From assembly GCA_963667035.1 (NCBI GenBank), contig OY762964.1:1824001-1888000 (forward strand): a stretch of 64,000 nt of DNA. Direction: 5' to 3'. The translations under genes were made by a program, and so were the position numbers. The notes beneath the pieces are model-generated. The model was not told the origin of the DNA. It saw only the letters and a program-made list of their open reading frames with translations, and did no database searches. Of the stretch, positions 60,115 to 64,000 are shown piece after piece. This DNA is from Candidatus Cloacimonadales bacterium. Its GTDB lineage: Bacteria > Cloacimonadota > Cloacimonadia > Cloacimonadales > JAFGVF01. Position 1 is the stretch's first letter; each line of letters opens with the position of its first letter.

Positions 60115-62268
60115 ATGGAGGGAAAATATATAATGGTTACATTAGCAACTAATTCCAAACATTCTTTTTGGATAAAAATCAGGATTATCTTTGCTTTCTT
60201 TATTTCACTTGGTGCTATTATGGTTGCCTTGTGTTTCACCATAAATGGTCTAAAAAAGCATCAAGAGAATATAACAACTATAATGATGAGTTCAGATTAT
60301 CTCTCTGCTGCAGTCGATTATTTGCAGAAAACATCTGAGTATTATAATGGTGAAACTAATGAAGAATTTTTGAGCAAAATTGATAAAGAACTTATTAACT
60401 CTAACCAGAACACACGAAGTTTTTTTAGAGCTTTGATCGAAAGAGATTCAACTATCGTAAGTTCATTAGTAGATAAATTTGAGTTAAACTCAAAGATTTA
60501 TCATATAGATGAGCAGTTTTATCAATTTTTTGATCATATTATGTACTTGGTTTATAATGAAGATCCATTAATTTATGAACTTAAATTTCATAGGTTACAT
60601 AAAGAATTGATAATAGTTGCAGAAGATAAGACATCGTTGGAAGTAGAGAAAGATAATAAGAACTACCATTCTATAATTAAAATGCTAAATAGAAGAAGAA
60701 AACGTTTGTTTCTAAACATACTATTGGAGATTTATCATTACTCTTCAATAGATATCGACAGCATAATTCTAGATGAAATCTCGAATATGAATGACGTCAA
60801 AGAAGATATACCATTATATTCTATTTACAGCGGACTTATACGACACGACAAGAACAAGAACAATGAATTCACGCAGATGTTGTTTGAATCCACAAGAAAA
60901 GACCCGACATTAACTAATCAATTAGTCAATTTAAATCTTAGGATTTATAATCGAATAGATAGTTTAACAACAAAGTTTAAAATTGATGAGAGTGAGGATG
61001 AGTATTATAAAAAATATATCGATAGTGCTAGAGATTATTTATATTACTTAGGAATTACATATAATGATCGTATCGCAAATATTGATGAAACAATTTGCAA
61101 TGTTCAGTGTAGGAATTCCTATCAGTATAAGCTAACTGATTGGCTAACATTTTCAATATATATTACTATGGGGATAGTTATTTGTATCTTTTGTATACTT
61201 TCATTAAGATATCATAAGCAGTATAACTTAGATGATGAGTTAACGAAAACAATTTGTACTGATAACCAAGAGTTAAGCGAATTAATGCTGAGTAAATTAG
61301 ATCCTCTGAGTTTATCCAAAAAAAATAATGGGATTAAAATGTATTTACTAAATGTGTTAAAACTTAAAAATGATAACATATACATTCCGAAAGTGCTACA
61401 TGAAGAATATTTAAATGAGTATTATCTGCAAGAAGAGTATGAGAAAGAGAAAATTAGAAATACTTTTGTGTGGCTTATTAGATTGGGTATTATTGGTACA
61501 CTTTTAGGTATATACTTGGCATTTAGTGAAATGCAAAATGGAATGTCTGCAGAAACTGAAGGTGTACATTTTCTTGATACTTTAGTGAAAGCTGTTGGAG
61601 GAAATGCTGTAGCTGTTATTACTAGTTTAGTAGCTCATTTCGTTACATTTTTTTTTGAAGCATCAGTTTGCTTTAAACTGTTTGAATTATCTTCAACAGC
61701 TATGATTAGAGAAATTTACAAACAGTTAATGGATAAAAGTACATTAGAAGATCCATTTAGTGATGCGAGAGAAGATCTCAATAGAATTGTTATAGAATTT
61801 AAATTTTGGTTTGAGATGATTAAGAAATCGAAACTTGAAGAAAAGATTGTTGAGACGACAAATACAATAACAATCTGCAATAATTGTCTAAAATTATTTT
61901 ATTCTAAACTTAGAATAACGATTGAAGAGTCTGATTATATGCACTATTATATAAATAGCCTGATTCAAGTATTAGAAAGTGTTCGAAATGATTTAAGAAA
62001 CATTGATATGATAAGCATTAGCGAAATTTTGGATACATCACTAGAACTAAATGATGCTTTTGAATCAGAACTATTTCTTGTAGAAACTATCAAAGAGAGT
62101 AAAAATATAATCATAGACTCCATTTCATCACTTAGTAAATTTAATCAAACATTGAAAGATTTTGACAGTTCACAAATTGATAAGATTAGTTTGGTCATGA
62201 CTGACATTAGTAAAGCTATCATCAATTTGAAAATTTCGCTTGGAGTAAAAAATGATAACAAAGATTAA
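60115..62268 (+). CDS. Large MotA/TolQ/ExbB-like membrane protein with inserted soluble domain and long C-terminal tail
   Basis: Four hydrophobic segments; the last two read LIRLGIIGTLLGIYLAF and GGNAVAVITSLVAHF, matching the MotA/TolQ/ExbB channel hairpin. Confidence 0.7.
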   Translation: MEGKYIMVTLATNSKHSFWIKIRIIFAFFISLGAIMVALCFTINGLKKHQENITTIMMSSDYLSAAVDYLQKTSEYYNGETNEEFLSKIDKELINSNQNTRSFFRALIERDSTIVSSLVDKFELNSKIYHIDEQFYQFFDHIMYLVYNEDPLIYELKFHRLHKELIIVAEDKTSLEVEKDNKNYHSIIKMLNRRRKRLFLNILLEIYHYSSIDIDSIILDEISNMNDVKEDIPLYSIYSGLIRHDKNKNNEFTQMLFESTRKDPTLTNQLVNLNLRIYNRIDSLTTKFKIDESEDEYYKKYIDSARDYLYYLGITYNDRIANIDETICNVQCRNSYQYKLTDWLTFSIYITMGIVICIFCILSLRYHKQYNLDDELTKTICTDNQELSELMLSKLDPLSLSKKNNGIKMYLLNVLKLKNDNIYIPKVLHEEYLNEYYLQEEYEKEKIRNTFVWLIRLGIIGTLLGIYLAFSEMQNGMSAETEGVHFLDTLVKAVGGNAVAVITSLVAHFVTFFFEASVCFKLFELSSTAMIREIYKQLMDKSTLEDPFSDAREDLNRIVIEFKFWFEMIKKSKLEEKIVETTNTITICNNCLKLFYSKLRITIEESDYMHYYINSLIQVLESVRNDLRNIDMISISEILDTSLELNDAFESELFLVETIKESKNIIIDSISSLSKFNQTLKDFDSSQIDKISLVMTDISKAIINLKISLGVKNDNKD

Positions 62269-62860
62269 AGTCAGTAAATATTGGGAAAGTATACTATTAA
62301 TCTCTTTAGATACATTTATGTTACTAGCTGTTATGGGTATTACATTGGGCGTAATATTTATTGTGATGAACTCAGAAATACCAAATAAAAAGCCTGATTA
62401 TGCTACTGACTGGGGTAAAATGGCAGAAGAAAGCATTGATGAAATAAGAACAATGAGTTATCTGAAGAATTTGGTGACTAAAGAAGAAATTCCAGGGGAA
62501 GAGAGACTGATTATCAAATATCATAAACTAAATAGCTTATTCAGCTCAAATACTTATGATAGTTTATGGGGAAAGTATTTTCCGCAAAACATTTACGAAA
62601 CAAAAATAGAGTGCTTTGTTGATAATAAAAAAAAATATGACAAAAAATATGGCTCGGGTATCCGAAAGGTCAGTATAAAAGTAGACTTTAAAACGAATAA
62701 TTATGATCAAGAAGTATGCACTATGATTGAGTACAATGGCTATGAAGAAAATAGTGTCTACAAACTGATCCCAGATGCAAATGATGTTTACATATATACT
62801 GGAAATCGCATAAAGAATAATATGCTTGAACTGCTATCTGAACTAAATAATGCAAAATAG
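62252..62860 (+). CDS. Single-pass membrane protein, possibly MotB/ExbD-like
   Basis: One N-terminal TM containing Asp20 (ILLISLDTFMLLAVMGITLGVIFIV); overlaps the MotA/ExbB-like gene. Confidence 0.55.
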   Translation: MITKIKVSKYWESILLISLDTFMLLAVMGITLGVIFIVMNSEIPNKKPDYATDWGKMAEESIDEIRTMSYLKNLVTKEEIPGEERLIIKYHKLNSLFSSNTYDSLWGKYFPQNIYETKIECFVDNKKKYDKKYGSGIRKVSIKVDFKTNNYDQEVCTMIEYNGYEENSVYKLIPDANDVYIYTGNRIKNNMLELLSELNNAK

Positions 62861-63794
62861 TAAGTCACATATGTTACTTCAAAATCGTTTTTTTTTAGTA
62901 TTAATGCTAATAGTTGTCTTTGTGCATTCTTATTCTCTTGAAATTCGAGAGGATAATGATATGATAAAATATACTTTTGTATATAAAGTTGATGTAAAGT
63001 TTAATGAGTTTAACCAAAAGTTGGAAAAACCTCTACCCTCAAGATCACAAGATAATATAACGCTTGATGTTTTTATCCGAATCAATATCGTTGAGCTTAG
63101 GGGGAACTCTTTTGCTGAAACAAGCCAAATAGATTCGGTAACGTTAAAAGAACTATGTAAAGAAATGTTTATAACATTTAGTAAGGGGAATTCTAAAGGT
63201 TTACATACTCGAATGGAGATAGGTAAAGGTTCTGACAATAAGCAAGTAGGAACTTGGCTTCTGAATAATGATGTAATAAAAGCAAAATTACTGAAAGATC
63301 TCCTCAAGATTTTTTCTCTTCAGAATGACAGTTTATATACAAAACTGTATTCTTTTGATAAACCAAGGATAATAGAAAATAAAAACGAACAAAGCTTTTT
63401 AATCAATAAACCCCCAGAAATCAAAATACACTCTTCAGTCAATACAATAAGTGAACTGCACGAAATAGAATTAGATACTTTTATCTTCCAGAAGAGTACT
63501 ATTGATAAAAATGTTCCGATAGACATAGGTACATGCTACTCTTTCCACAAATCAGATACTATTAAAAATGAAGCTATAGCATTGAAAGATACCGTGAATT
63601 ATGATGCTATAGTGTTTGATGCTAAACCAGACTCGTTATCAAAACTTATATTTTTAAAAAGGAGCAAGGTTAAAGAGTTGCTAAAGGGCTATGTAGGTAA
63701 AAAAGATAGGAAAGTAGAAAAGGAAAATAGAAAGCATGCTATTATTTTATCAATTATCTCAGCTGTTGCTGTAATCCTGTCAGCAATTCGATAG
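62850..63794 (+). CDS. Hypothetical protein with N-terminal signal/TM and C-terminal TM
   Basis: FFLVLMLIVVFVHSYS at the N-terminus and AIILSIISAVAVILSAIR at the C-terminus; overlaps the previous gene. Confidence 0.7.
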   Translation: MQNSKSHMLLQNRFFLVLMLIVVFVHSYSLEIREDNDMIKYTFVYKVDVKFNEFNQKLEKPLPSRSQDNITLDVFIRINIVELRGNSFAETSQIDSVTLKELCKEMFITFSKGNSKGLHTRMEIGKGSDNKQVGTWLLNNDVIKAKLLKDLLKIFSLQNDSLYTKLYSFDKPRIIENKNEQSFLINKPPEIKIHSSVNTISELHEIELDTFIFQKSTIDKNVPIDIGTCYSFHKSDTIKNEAIALKDTVNYDAIVFDAKPDSLSKLIFLKRSKVKELLKGYVGKKDRKVEKENRKHAIILSIISAVAVILSAIR

Positions 63795-64000
63795 TAACAC
63801 ATCTCATAAGATAGAGATGTTACTCACTAGAGAAGTACTCTTATAACTCTTATAAGCTTTTTAATAATTGAGCAAGAGCTAAAAGAATTCAACTGTAACA
63901 GTTTTAACAAACTTCGTACGAAGGATTTTAACCAGATTCTTAATAAGATTACGTCTGATATCAAGTTCTTGAGGTAGATTAGGATCTTGATGAGCTTCAT

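Noticed and set aside
60115..63794. Canonical Zorya defence system
   Set aside because: The partner lacks a visible OmpA-like domain, and no helicase or nuclease effector follows within the window; kept only as a structural analogy.

Overview
AT-rich chromosomal window from an anaerobic diderm bacterium. FlgD/T9SS-like C-terminal domains, a PorV-like barrel, DUF6588 and a bS22-like peptide suggest the FCB superphylum, possibly Cloacimonadota (inference only). Core genes include the 3' part of dnaG, rpoD, tRNA-Ile2(CAT), asd, dinB, purL, hutU, sppA, RNase E/G, rplU, rpmA, selB, selA, rph and an HU/IHF gene. Three accessory regions stand out. (1) 20.2-30.7 kb is an extended iron operon behind two DtxR-like operators: feoAB, flavodoxin, a Cys/His-bearing porin, a secreted DNRLRE protein, an FMN-binding protein and a YbtPQ-like ABC pair. 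(2) 37.9-40.4 kb is a decayed patch with pseudogenes, a REP-like element and an orphan one-spacer CRISPR array whose spacer reads as a PAPS-reductase-family motif. (3) 50.8-63.8 kb is a tightly coupled six-gene operon: a ~2,660-aa Ig-repeat surface protein (six near-identical 615-bp units) with a FlgD/T9SS-like CTD, a PorV-like barrel, and an atypical MotA/ExbB-like plus MotB/ExbD-like pair. Region 3 is the best candidate for an undescribed system. All family assignments come from motif recognition by eye; no database searches were run.
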